Shown piece after piece: positions 1 through 8,379 of a stretch of DNA of 58,644 nucleotides. Origin of the DNA: a virus. Its lineage: Duplodnaviria > Caudoviricetes. Under the pieces are notes generated by a model. It did no database searches, was not told the DNA's origin, and saw only the letters and a list, made by a program, of their open reading frames with translations. Position 1 is the first letter of the stretch. Each line of letters opens with the position of its first letter. The position numbers were made by a program, and so were the translations under genes. The stretch is from the IMG/VR virus record IMGVR_UViG_3300044714_000125, positions 1 through 58,644 of that record. One strand, 5' to 3'.

Positions 1-32
1 AGGCAAAGGAATACGAGCGTCGTCTGGGGGAA

Positions 33-245
33 TTGAATAATGAAAATGATAGGATAAAGGAAATTCTGAAGCAATCGTTACCAAGGGAATTATTTGATCG
101 GCTGCACGAGGCCATTATGAGCCGCGTCTCCGCAGTTGAGGCGGCCCAGATCAAAGCCGATGGGCGCCATCAATTGCTGCAATATATTCCATGGTTACTG
201 ACCGCAATTTCTCTTATTTTTATGTACCTGATGTGGAAAAAATAA
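33..245 (+). CDS. hypothetical protein with C-terminal transmembrane helix
   Basis: ORF track; hydrophobic C-terminus YIPWLLTAISLIFMYLMWKK; TTG start uncertain, gene may begin upstream of the window. Confidence 0.6.
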   Translation: MNNENDRIKEILKQSLPRELFDRLHEAIMSRVSAVEAAQIKADGRHQLLQYIPWLLTAISLIFMYLMWKK

Positions 246-277
246 ACCGGGGGACAGCGATCTGAACACAATATTTT

Positions 278-493
278 ATGGGCTGGTTAATAAAAGACAC
301 GGCAAGCGAGATGATGCTCATGGGCGTCGACAGTGAAGGCTATGGCCAGTTCTCGGCTAATCCCAATACGCAGTGGTGGTGGTCGCAGCAGTCGGATGCC
401 GAAGCATTCATAGCAGCCAACAATCTAACGGATGTAGAAACGGAGGATGCCGGGAGTAACCCGCCTGGCAACGGCCAGCCTGGGCAGCCATGA
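278..493 (+). CDS. small acidic protein with Gly/Pro-rich C-terminal tail
   Basis: AT-rich leader then ATG; ATGA overlap with next gene; ends GSNPPGNGQPGQP. Confidence 0.75.
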   Translation: MGWLIKDTASEMMLMGVDSEGYGQFSANPNTQWWWSQQSDAEAFIAANNLTDVETEDAGSNPPGNGQPGQP

Positions 494-861
494 GGAACAG
501 GGTGGCCGCGATCCTCCTTTGGCTTACATGGCCTGTCTGCTTGGTCAATCGGATTTGGAATAATGCCCCATTTAAGCCCGTGAAATGGATTATCTTTGAT
601 AAGACGGTTGATCAGGATTGGCGATGGTACCTTGTCTATAACGAACTATGGTTGTCCGCCTTCTTCGTCATCCTGGCGATGCTGATCATGAAGTACCGTA
701 CCCATACGATTATCCTATTACTTTGGGCCTTGTTTTTTGTTGCAATAGTTGATATCGTAAATTATTGGTTATGGTTCCGACGAAACGAGATAGCTCTGGG
801 CCTCGAAGGTCTGATTATGGTAGCGTTTTCAGCTATTATCTTCACAAAATCACAGAAATGA
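490..861 (+). CDS. multi-pass membrane protein (~4 TM)
   Basis: four hydrophobic segments; ATGA-coupled on both sides. Confidence 0.8.
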   Translation: MRNRVAAILLWLTWPVCLVNRIWNNAPFKPVKWIIFDKTVDQDWRWYLVYNELWLSAFFVILAMLIMKYRTHTIILLLWALFFVAIVDIVNYWLWFRRNEIALGLEGLIMVAFSAIIFTKSQK

Positions 862-1106
862 AAAAGCAGGTTGAAATCTGGCATTTGATCATTTACGGGG
901 CTATCTTTATCGGATCATGCCTGACGGCCTTAATCAATCAGTCTAACCGGATCACACGGGACGAATCGGAAATCTTGACCCTTGAAAAAAGCAATGACAA
1001 AACCGATCAGCAGTTCAATAAGGTGAATGACAACCTGGATAAAGTCAACAGCCGGTTGACGGACATCCTTATCGAATTGCAGAACAAAAAAGACCGCGAC
1101 AAGTAA
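858..1106 (+). CDS. single-TM coiled-coil protein, holin/anti-holin-like
   Basis: start re-called at ATGA overlap (MKKQVEIWHLIIYGAIFIG); N-terminal TM plus heptad-like tail; lies in lysis region. Confidence 0.65.
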   Translation: MKKQVEIWHLIIYGAIFIGSCLTALINQSNRITRDESEILTLEKSNDKTDQQFNKVNDNLDKVNSRLTDILIELQNKKDRDK

Positions 1107-1134
1107 TTTTCTTAACTTCTAAACACAATAATTT

Positions 1135-1542
1135 ATGCAAAAATTTCTCATGGCCAACAAGGTCCTACTCTTTGGGCTTGCAGGGGCCATTGCGATGACG
1201 GTCCAGCAATACACAAGTTCCGGCCCCGTGGATTACAAGGTTCTGGCCCTTGCTGCACTTGTTGCCGGTATCGGCTTCCTCGCTAAGAACCTCCGCGGTC
1301 AGTGGGCTACCATCCTGGGGTCGCTATTGCCGGTGTTAGGCGTTCTATTTACAAATGTTCAGGGCCACACGGCTATTTCCTGGTCATATGTTTTTTCCAG
1401 TGCAGCACTGGCCATTGCCGGAGTATTTGCGCCGCCGACAAAATCTCTTTCCTATGAGCAATCCCCGGCGATCGTGCAGGCTAAACAGCAGGCTGCTGTT
1501 ACGGATGCCGCACAATCCAAAACGCCCCCTGTAGGAAAATGA
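1135..1542 (+). CDS. putative holin (4 TM, internal two-hairpin repeat)
   Basis: four hydrophobic helices; upstream of endolysin. Confidence 0.55.
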   Translation: MQKFLMANKVLLFGLAGAIAMTVQQYTSSGPVDYKVLALAALVAGIGFLAKNLRGQWATILGSLLPVLGVLFTNVQGHTAISWSYVFSSAALAIAGVFAPPTKSLSYEQSPAIVQAKQQAAVTDAAQSKTPPVGK

Positions 1543-1637
1543 CCCGCCGGGACCGCAGCCACCTATTGACGGCGATGGCTGTATATGCCCTGTTTTTGAT
1601 CGCTGTCCTTATTTTATCACCTTTGCGATGCCGCTAA
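1539..1637 (+). CDS. 32-aa membrane peptide
   Basis: hand-translated MTRRDRSHLLTAMAVYALFLIAVLILSPLRCR; ATGA-coupled to previous gene; below ORF-track cutoff. Confidence 0.45.
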   Translation: MTRRDRSHLLTAMAVYALFLIAVLILSPLRCR

Positions 1638-1747
1638 ATGATCACGATAAAAGAGTAGTTACCATTGTAATTTGGTGTTGCGTCGCCATCATCCTCGTAG
1701 GTCTTATCATCGGCTGGGCCTGCGGGGCACATTTTCAGCCGATTTAA
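1628..1747 (+). CDS. 39-aa membrane peptide
   Basis: hand-translated MPLNDHDKRVVTIVIWCCVAIILVGLIIGWACGAHFQPI; fills the gap between genes. Confidence 0.45.
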   Translation: MPLNDHDKRVVTIVIWCCVAIILVGLIIGWACGAHFQPI

Positions 1748-1764
1748 CTGTAAAATTTATCACC

Positions 1765-2130
1765 ATGAAATCGTTATTGTTTTTAGCCATTACGGCAATT
1801 TTTATGAGTTCCGCCACTGCGCAGGAAGGATGTAATGTCCCTAACCCGGCAGATTCCGCAAAGTATATAGCCTCCGGGGTTTGGCGGTTATCTATCCCTG
1901 AATTGAAAGAGGCAGCAAAGGAGAGTTATTTTAAACTCTTGGACATGATCAACAATAAAGTGCCATACACAAGGGGAGCATTCGACACAGCACTAAGCCA
2001 ATATGATTATTTGCGGACGGCGGTAGACTTGAAACTATCCACCAAAAAAGAGCGGGATGAGTTTTATGCCTGGATCGTAGGTGAAGCCAGAGCGGCAGGG
2101 AAACTAACCTATGAGGCCAAGAAAAGTTAA
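1765..2130 (+). CDS. secreted protein with Sec signal peptide
   Basis: MKSLLFLAITAIFMSSATA-Q cleavage site; start re-called within track ORF 1672..2130. Confidence 0.7.
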   Translation: MKSLLFLAITAIFMSSATAQEGCNVPNPADSAKYIASGVWRLSIPELKEAAKESYFKLLDMINNKVPYTRGAFDTALSQYDYLRTAVDLKLSTKKERDEFYAWIVGEARAAGKLTYEAKKS

Positions 2131-2163
2131 ACGCAATTCATTAACCAATTAAATTCAAAACAA

Positions 2164-2697
2164 ATGTCTTTCAATGTAGGCAACATTTTAAAAGCGATCG
2201 GCAACGAGATCAGTAAAATCCTCGATGGTGCCGAATACGAACTAAAAACGGTGATCCTGCCGGCTGTCACCGCGGTGGGGAACGCCTTAAAAGCCGTCAT
2301 CGACGCCGACACCTCCGATCTGATCGGCCTTTTGGCTGGTAAGGCCGGGCAGGCCATGGAGGATAAGGTCAGGACGGCCCTTGACAGCCTGATTCCGAAG
2401 CTGCAGCTCGCCCAGCAATTCCTAAACAGCGGGGCCACATCGGCGACCATCCTCGCCAACATCGCTAAATTGATCAGTACAGCCCCCGCAGCCACACAGG
2501 CCGCGTTCTACATCGAATTTACCGGTTTACTCGCCTCCGATCTGGCTGGTGGGTTGACGGTCGGAGAAGCGGTAACAATCGAACAATGGTGGTATGCAAA
2601 TGATCCGGCTTGGCTGGCTTCTCAGCAGGGAACCGCAACGCCTCCGGCTACACCCCCAACCACCCCTCCCGCAACCCCAACAACCCCCGCCACATGA
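2164..2697 (+). CDS. hypothetical Ala-rich protein with Pro/Thr-repeat tail
   Basis: A-rich leader; ends TATPPATPPTTPPATPTTPAT; ATGA-coupled to endolysin. Confidence 0.8.
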   Translation: MSFNVGNILKAIGNEISKILDGAEYELKTVILPAVTAVGNALKAVIDADTSDLIGLLAGKAGQAMEDKVRTALDSLIPKLQLAQQFLNSGATSATILANIAKLISTAPAATQAAFYIEFTGLLASDLAGGLTVGEAVTIEQWWYANDPAWLASQQGTATPPATPPTTPPATPTTPAT

Positions 2698-3326
2698 CAG
2701 TAAAACCCGCTCAACCCGGTAACGGCTTCGATTGCAATACCCCGCTCACCCCCGCCAGCGCCAAAGTCTTCCGCGACCAGGGAATGGAGTTTGCCATCCG
2801 CTACCTTCCCCGGACGCCGGCGCTGATCCCTGGTTGCCTTACCAAAGCGGAGAGGGATATCATCCTGGCGGCCGGTCTCGCATTGTCGGCCGTCCAGCAC
2901 TGCCCACTCCCTGGTTTTACCCCCTCTGGCGCCCTCGGGCTCGAATACGGCCAATACGCGGGCAAATACGGGGGTGAAATAGAACTCGGCATGTTTATGA
3001 ACATCTGGTTGGATCTCGAAGGGGTGGCCTCCGGGACGCCCGCACAGGACGTTATAGACTACTGTACGCAGTGGTTCGATCAGGTGCAGGCGGCAGACTT
3101 CGTTCCGGGGCTATATGTGGGATACGGGTCCGGCCTGACCCCGAAGCAGATTTATGACCTCCCATTTCAGCATTACTGGAAGGCGTATAACTATGACGAC
3201 GGGGTTCCGGAAAGGGGCTTCCAGCTGATACAGCACCCGGCCAAAGTACTCAGCGGGATCAGTTATGACCCAAATACCTGTGCCGCCGATCTGAAGGGCG
3301 ATATGCCGATTTTCCTTTTTCCATAG
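2694..3326 (+). CDS. putative endolysin, DUF1906 / GH25-like glycoside hydrolase
   Basis: GFDC...FAIRYL...LTKAE...IWLDLEG...PGLYVG motifs typical of Rv2525c/DUF1906-like peptidoglycan hydrolases; last gene of membrane cassette. Confidence 0.8.
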   Translation: MTVKPAQPGNGFDCNTPLTPASAKVFRDQGMEFAIRYLPRTPALIPGCLTKAERDIILAAGLALSAVQHCPLPGFTPSGALGLEYGQYAGKYGGEIELGMFMNIWLDLEGVASGTPAQDVIDYCTQWFDQVQAADFVPGLYVGYGSGLTPKQIYDLPFQHYWKAYNYDDGVPERGFQLIQHPAKVLSGISYDPNTCAADLKGDMPIFLFP

Positions 3327-3358
3327 TCTTCTCATAGCAATTGTCATAGATTTTAAGT

Positions 3359-3391
3359 AAAGGCGGTCCTTTTCCAGGGATTGCCTTTTTT
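3359..3391 (+). terminator. intrinsic terminator after lysis cassette
   Basis: AAGGCGGTCC / GGATTGCCTT stem followed by T run. Confidence 0.7.
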
Positions 3392-3625
3392 GTATAATCC
3401 TTTGAAATTTTGCAAATAATATTTTGTATAAATGCAAAGGATTTTGCAGATATTCATAGTCCTTTCGATGGGACAAGGCGGCACGAAGTTTAAGTACAGC
3501 CGGGCAGGAGGACGAATACGCGAGTTCCCGATAATCCTGCTGTCAGGGCCGCAACAGAACCGCTGCATGGGGTTCATACTCCGTTAACATCCCGAGCGCA
3601 CATATCTACCATCAATGAAAGGAAT

Positions 3626-3653
3626 GAGGATCGTCGGCCGGCGGTCCTTTTTT
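3626..3653 (+). terminator. intrinsic terminator
   Basis: AGGATCGTC / GGCGGTCCT stem plus T run. Confidence 0.55.
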
Positions 3654-3701
3654 CGTATCTTTAACCTTGTACTTTACTAATCAGCGTCCATTTATTGAAG
3701 T

Positions 3702-3733
3702 CGGCCTGCCTTTTTATGTGGGCCTTTTCTTTT
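3702..3733 (+). terminator. intrinsic terminator, possible end of a short RNA
   Basis: GGCCTGC / GTGGGCC stem plus TTTTCTTTT; TATCTTTA -7-like box at 3656-3663. Confidence 0.5.
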
Positions 3734-4101
3734 CCCCTCTTACATATTCAGGGTCTCTATCCCTTTGTAGTTCAAAGTCTCTAAGAATAAAAGGGGAGAA
3801 CGTAAATGATTGAGGGAGGAGGAGGGAGCAAGAGAGACCCTGTTTGCCTCGGCATAACTTCGCTAAGGAAACAGGGCCACAAAAAGACACAAATGACGTC
3901 GGTCGTTATCGGTCGTTTTGAGAGGCGCCCATCGCTGGTGACGGCGTCCGTAAAGGTTGCTTTAAAGGGTTTCCAGCCCCTTCCTGGTACTCGCGCTCCT
4001 TCATTGCCCTCGCGATGGCTTTGTGCCCAGGCGCCCGTCTAAGCCCCCATAATCGCCGCCCGGACTGTAGATCATTCCCGACAGGTGGCTGGGATAGACG
4101 G

Positions 4102-4314
4102 TTACTTCGGGAAGTCTCGCTTGTTTAACGGGGCATTTTCAGATTTAACAATACGGTACCCGCTTTCTGGGTCCAAGCGGTTATCGATTACCCATTGATC
4201 AATTTGCTGTAAGGTCGTGTCGGGATAAACATTCAGCACCATTTTTTGGCGCTCCCATGAATCTTCGCTGACCTGAACGGTCTTTTTGGCGATAATGACG
4301 TAGCTATTAAGCAT
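4102..4314 (-). CDS. hypothetical protein
   Basis: ATG at 4314 within track ORF; has its own minus-strand promoter. Confidence 0.6.
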   Translation of the reverse strand: MLNSYVIIAKKTVQVSEDSWERQKMVLNVYPDTTLQQIDQWVIDNRLDPESGYRIVKSENAPLNKRDFPK

Positions 4315-4403
4315 GAAGTTCCCTGAATGAAGAAACCCTCCAAAGTCGGCGAATGAGGCACCGCCCTTGAAAGGCTTCAAACTATTTCAGAAATGAGTTT
4401 CAG

Positions 4404-4433
4404 CAAAAGTAACACCCCTCATTGATATTACAA
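4404..4433 (-). promoter_or_regulatory. Bacteroidota-type promoter (leftward)
   Basis: minus strand TTG-N19-TACTTTTG. Confidence 0.6.
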
Positions 4434-4513
4434 TGCTTTGATCTGCTAAATAAATGATTTTCTGCCGACTATCCAAATTTTTCCAGATGATAACTAATTT
4501 TATCAAAAATAAC

Positions 4514-4543
4514 TTGTTTAAATCAAAACATTCCCTATCTTTA
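4514..4543 (+). promoter_or_regulatory. Bacteroidota-type promoter (rightward, early operon)
   Basis: TTG-N19-TATCTTTA upstream of the long + strand operon. Confidence 0.6.
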
Positions 4544-4572
4544 CCTAACAATTCACCAAAAAACTAAGCAAA

Positions 4573-4722
4573 ATGGAAACCAAGACAGTTACTATCTCGA
4601 AATGGAATCGCCGTTCTCTCGATGGCAAGATGTTGAAGCAAGTCGTTATAAAGACCCCGGCCGGCAGGAACCGGAAGGGTAAGAATATTTTTCGCTCTCA
4701 GACCATGCACATTCCTGTCTAA
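4573..4722 (+). CDS. 49-aa basic protein
   Basis: hand-translated METKTVTISKWNRRSLDGKMLKQVVIKTPAGRNRKGKNIFRSQTMHIPV; A-rich leader. Confidence 0.6.
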   Translation: METKTVTISKWNRRSLDGKMLKQVVIKTPAGRNRKGKNIFRSQTMHIPV

Positions 4723-4791
4723 ATGCGCTTGGTTTTAAGCCGGATGCCCGCTACCTTAACCGGAGCGGGCTTTGGCGGCAAAAGACGTTTC

Positions 4792-5031
4792 ATGCAGATA
4801 CCGATGGAGCTTTTAAACAAATGGAAGGGGCTTCGCAGCCGGGGCGATAACGAAAAAATAAACGCTCTTTTGGACAAGCCGCTTACCGACCCTGTGGCTA
4901 TGAGTATTTTCTCGCGGGCGTTCAATCGCGGTCGGTGCCCTGACCATATTTTCAAAGTTCTCTATCAATTTTATACACAAAAGGAGGCGGACCTTTTCCC
5001 TCCCGCAAAATCCACATCAAATGAACACTAA
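4792..5031 (+). CDS. small helical protein, possible Cro-like regulator
   Basis: start re-called (MQIPMELL); near the head of the early operon; HTH not proven. Confidence 0.5.
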   Translation: MQIPMELLNKWKGLRSRGDNEKINALLDKPLTDPVAMSIFSRAFNRGRCPDHIFKVLYQFYTQKEADLFPPAKSTSNEH

Positions 5032-5314
5032 CATCGAAATCCAGCCCCAGGACCTTGCCATGGAAAAATTCCGCGCCCTCTTTCAGGCCCCCCTCCCGGT
5101 CTGCCATGTTTTCAAGGATGGCCGGGTCATGCGCTACCGCATCCGTAATGAGCGTTTAGCGCTCGAATACCATGCGATGGCCCTGCGGATCATTGACCAA
5201 AACAGTCTGCCTCTTGAGGCTACAATTGACAACTGGAAGGTTGGGGATGTGGTTTTTGATCGGTGGCTGGTTCTGGAATACGTCGCCATAAAGGAGGTCT
5301 TATCATGCTACTGA
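5021..5314 (+). CDS. hypothetical protein
   Basis: ORF track; overlapping operon organisation. Confidence 0.7.
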   Translation: MNTNIEIQPQDLAMEKFRALFQAPLPVCHVFKDGRVMRYRIRNERLALEYHAMALRIIDQNSLPLEATIDNWKVGDVVFDRWLVLEYVAIKEVLSCY

Positions 5315-5550
5315 CCGATGAAATGCAAAAGGTCTGCTACATCCTATACCAAGCCAAGCCGACGACGCTTTTAGGAAAGGGAATTTTGGTGGTCATGCAG
5401 GGCGGCAATAAGGACGAACTCATTACCCTACTGATGGAACTGAAGGATTTACTGACCGACTGGCCGGAGGTCTTACGAACGACTTTTGAGCCGGCGCAGG
5501 TGGAGGAATTGAAAGGTTTATTAACAAAAATATTCTTGAATAGTCTGTAG
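5305..5550 (+). CDS. hypothetical protein
   Basis: start re-called at MLLTDEMQK. Confidence 0.65.
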   Translation: MLLTDEMQKVCYILYQAKPTTLLGKGILVVMQGGNKDELITLLMELKDLLTDWPEVLRTTFEPAQVEELKGLLTKIFLNSL

Positions 5551-5791
5551 CGGCGAACATAACGCCGTGGAGTGGCCATCCGTTGCGGCTTCCCAAAGTA
5601 CACGGGACGTTAGAAATAATCCGGCTCAAACGGCTTTGAGTGAGTCGGCGTCTATCTGCTCCTGCAAAAATGTAGGAGACGGCGCCCAGGGGCTTAAAGT
5701 TTGAACGAGAGACAACATGCAGGACGTATAAACTCGCAACCTGCCAGATTATTCAAGATACTTTTTTCGGATAAGGAATGGTTATGGACAC

Positions 5792-5817
5792 CCGGCGGTT
5801 TGGCCGCCGGATTTTTT
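5792..5817 (+). terminator. intrinsic terminator
   Basis: CCGGCGG / CCGCCGG stem plus T6. Confidence 0.65.
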
Positions 5818-5831
5818 CAAAAGGTAAAAAA

Positions 5832-6056
5832 ATGTCAATGAAATTTTTCTTTTTGTATAGCCCGAGCGCCGCAACGGCTGAAATTTTAGATTCTCTTGAA
5901 ATGACAAAAGAGGATGCGGTCAGTGCCAATATCCGCTTAAGGGAGCAAGGTAGCGATAACCGGTGGATTGGTGCTGATCTGTGGGATGACGAGGTGGAAT
6001 ATGCTAACGGTCCTGCGGATGAATATTACCATGATGATCCAAGCGATTGTTACTGA
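5832..6056 (+). CDS. hypothetical acidic protein
   Basis: A-rich leader before ATG; track ORF 5778..6056. Confidence 0.6.
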   Translation: MSMKFFFLYSPSAATAEILDSLEMTKEDAVSANIRLREQGSDNRWIGADLWDDEVEYANGPADEYYHDDPSDCY

Positions 6057-6111
6057 TCAGCGCCAGTTTTTTCTCTCTATCCTATTCACCGCTAAAAAAT
6101 CCATTGATAAA

Positions 6112-6852
6112 ATGCAAACTAAAGAAGAAGTTTTACAAGCCTGCACGATTCACGGAACCATAATCAAACTTCCGGAAACGCAGTTAGATCGCAAGTTATA
6201 CCTTGAAGTCGCCAAAGCCTTAGAGTTGATTGGAGGTAAATGGAAAGGGGGCAAAACGGCTGGTTTTGTTTTCAATGAGGACCCGACGGAATTGCTTGAG
6301 CAAATAGCCAATGGGGGAAAACGAAATCTTAAAAAGGAATTTCAGTTTTTTGCTACTCCTGATCACTTGGCGGATAGGCTTGTAGAATTGGCTGACATAA
6401 AACCTACCGACAGTATCTTGGAGCCCTCTGCAGGACAGGGAGCGATCATTAAAGCCATACATCGGAAGCATCCTGCAATGTCAGTCCATTATTACGAAAT
6501 CATGGATATTAACAGGACTTTCTTGAAGAAAATTTCCATGGCAGTAGATGCCGGAATGGATTTTCTCAATGATGAAGATCAACACGAATTCGATAAAATC
6601 ATTGCTAACCCTCCGTTTTCAAAGAATCAGGACATTGACCACATTTATCAAATGTATGCGCACTTAGCAAATGATGGTCGGATGGTCACCATTGCCGGGA
6701 AGCACTGGCAAATTTCTTCAAATAAGGTAGAGAAGAAATTTCGGGAATGGCTTGATGCCGTAAACGCCGAGATTATTGATATTGAAGGCGGCGAGTTCAA
6801 AGAAAGCGGGACAACCATAGCAACCGTAATTATTGTTATCGATAAACCTTAA
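6112..6852 (+). CDS. DNA amino-methyltransferase (N6-adenine type)
   Basis: QFFATP, motif I LEPSAGQG, motif IV IIANPPF, FKESGT. Confidence 0.9.
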   Translation: MQTKEEVLQACTIHGTIIKLPETQLDRKLYLEVAKALELIGGKWKGGKTAGFVFNEDPTELLEQIANGGKRNLKKEFQFFATPDHLADRLVELADIKPTDSILEPSAGQGAIIKAIHRKHPAMSVHYYEIMDINRTFLKKISMAVDAGMDFLNDEDQHEFDKIIANPPFSKNQDIDHIYQMYAHLANDGRMVTIAGKHWQISSNKVEKKFREWLDAVNAEIIDIEGGEFKESGTTIATVIIVIDKP

Positions 6853-6856
6853 CGCC

Positions 6857-7039
6857 ATGCACCTACTCATGTCCGCCACTGCTAATACCTTGCTCTCCGG
6901 ATTCGGAGGGATGATCATAGGGGGCATTCTTATGGCTTGGTGGTATGGAGCCCACAGCAGCAGTCGTAAAGAGGAAAGGGACTTCGACGAGCGGAATATC
7001 TATAGTGACCCGAGGAAAAGAAAATTTATAAGCAAATGA
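6857..7039 (+). CDS. small membrane protein
   Basis: TM segment LLSGFGGMIIGGILMAWWY; ATGA-coupled to next gene. Confidence 0.55.
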   Translation: MHLLMSATANTLLSGFGGMIIGGILMAWWYGAHSSSRKEERDFDERNIYSDPRKRKFISK

Positions 7040-7566
7040 GAGATTTATTGTTAAGAGAATATTCGAATCGCTTTCCGGATAGAAGCATTTCTGGCGCTGT
7101 CCTTTCATTCCCCGAATTGCCGCATCCGATGGCACTGACTAACTACTCAGGCGGAATGGCTTGGTTTTCGGAGCCGGACCAATGGCCGGGCGGCAAACTG
7201 AAAATAATCACTATAGGGCCCGAAGAATTGCTAAACGCCAAAGTTCAGAAATGGGCAGGGAACAAAACTCCCCTTATGGAAGGAGATTGGGTTTGGGTGG
7301 GCGATAACCGGGAAAAGGTCAAATTCATCAAAGAAGGCGATGGCAGTTCATACCCAATTGTTACCGAACATAATGGCCGGCAATATCAATACAAATGGTC
7401 TGAGATTTCCATGGTCACGAAGGCTGAATTAGGTGAGATCATTAAGGACGAGCAGAAAAAAAGAGAAGATGCCTGTCCGGATCATGAATATAGAAATGCC
7501 TCTTACAAATGGGGTTCCGTTAACCGAATGGAGTGCATTCATTGTGGCAAAATTATTAACGATTGA
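7036..7566 (+). CDS. hypothetical protein with C-terminal Cys/His motif
   Basis: CPDHEY...CIHCGK. Confidence 0.7.
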   Translation: MRDLLLREYSNRFPDRSISGAVLSFPELPHPMALTNYSGGMAWFSEPDQWPGGKLKIITIGPEELLNAKVQKWAGNKTPLMEGDWVWVGDNREKVKFIKEGDGSSYPIVTEHNGRQYQYKWSEISMVTKAELGEIIKDEQKKREDACPDHEYRNASYKWGSVNRMECIHCGKIIND

Positions 7567-7638
7567 TCGCAATAGCTGAATATGAATAAAAACCCCCGGC
7601 GTGAACCGGGGATCGTCTACTCAAAAAACCCATAAAAA

Positions 7639-8001
7639 ATGTCAAGGTCAAAGATAATCGAATTTGTCATAGAAATCCCCGTTACATCCTTAGAAAAAAG
7701 TAAGGGCCTCTTTTCCTCCCAGAAGGTCGGGGATCTTCAGGTCTGCGGGAAAGGAAGGATATTGGGTGAGCCCATTGATTCCCCTTATGCGTTGATGAAG
7801 GAACCGGAAAGAAAGTGGATCGACATAACGATCAGCGGCATCTACTGGAAATTACAAACTACCGGCGTGGGAATGTATGAATCGGACATCACCCTCCTAT
7901 TGCGCCACATGAAGGAGGCCAGGGAGATCAACCGGGCAATACTGGAAGCCTCCGCGGATTATTGCAGGGTGGTTTACGAGGAAAATTATTCAAAACAATA
8001 A
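7639..8001 (+). CDS. hypothetical protein
   Basis: A-rich leader; ORF track. Confidence 0.7.
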   Translation: MSRSKIIEFVIEIPVTSLEKSKGLFSSQKVGDLQVCGKGRILGEPIDSPYALMKEPERKWIDITISGIYWKLQTTGVGMYESDITLLLRHMKEAREINRAILEASADYCRVVYEENYSKQ

Positions 8002-8012
8002 ATCTTTTTTTT

Positions 8013-8321
8013 ATGTCCGAACAAGCAAAGCTCGAAGGCTGGGATGTAGCCCATGTCATTATCAATCGCGATCCATATACTGCCGGAAAACCATGGAGAG
8101 GAAAGATTGCCTTTCAGAACAAAGGAGGCGAAGAGGTTTCCTTCAATATTCCGGCAGATAAGATGCAGGCTATTATCGCACTGGTAGCCGAAAGCACTAT
8201 GGATGCGGCAAAGAGGATCGGCATCGATATTTCAAAGATCATTCCGCAGGTTCTTATGCAAACTGCCCTGCCGCCTGCCGAGCCTATTGAGGAAGAAAAA
8301 GCTGAAGATTTAGCCTTCTGA
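8013..8321 (+). CDS. hypothetical protein
   Basis: start re-called at MSEQAKLEG. Confidence 0.7.
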   Translation: MSEQAKLEGWDVAHVIINRDPYTAGKPWRGKIAFQNKGGEEVSFNIPADKMQAIIALVAESTMDAAKRIGIDISKIIPQVLMQTALPPAEPIEEEKAEDLAF

Positions 8322-8379
8322 AAGCTAGGCCGGACGCGGATTTTATCGTAAATTACTCCAATCAAAAAGCCATTAAAAA

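Noticed and set aside
3806-4042. 78-aa ORF in the control region
   Set aside because: No A-rich leader, atypical composition and no motif support.
3327-5031. Lysogeny module (integrase, CI repressor, att site)
   Set aside because: Divergent promoters are present but no recombinase or S24/HTH repressor motifs were found; lifestyle is undetermined.
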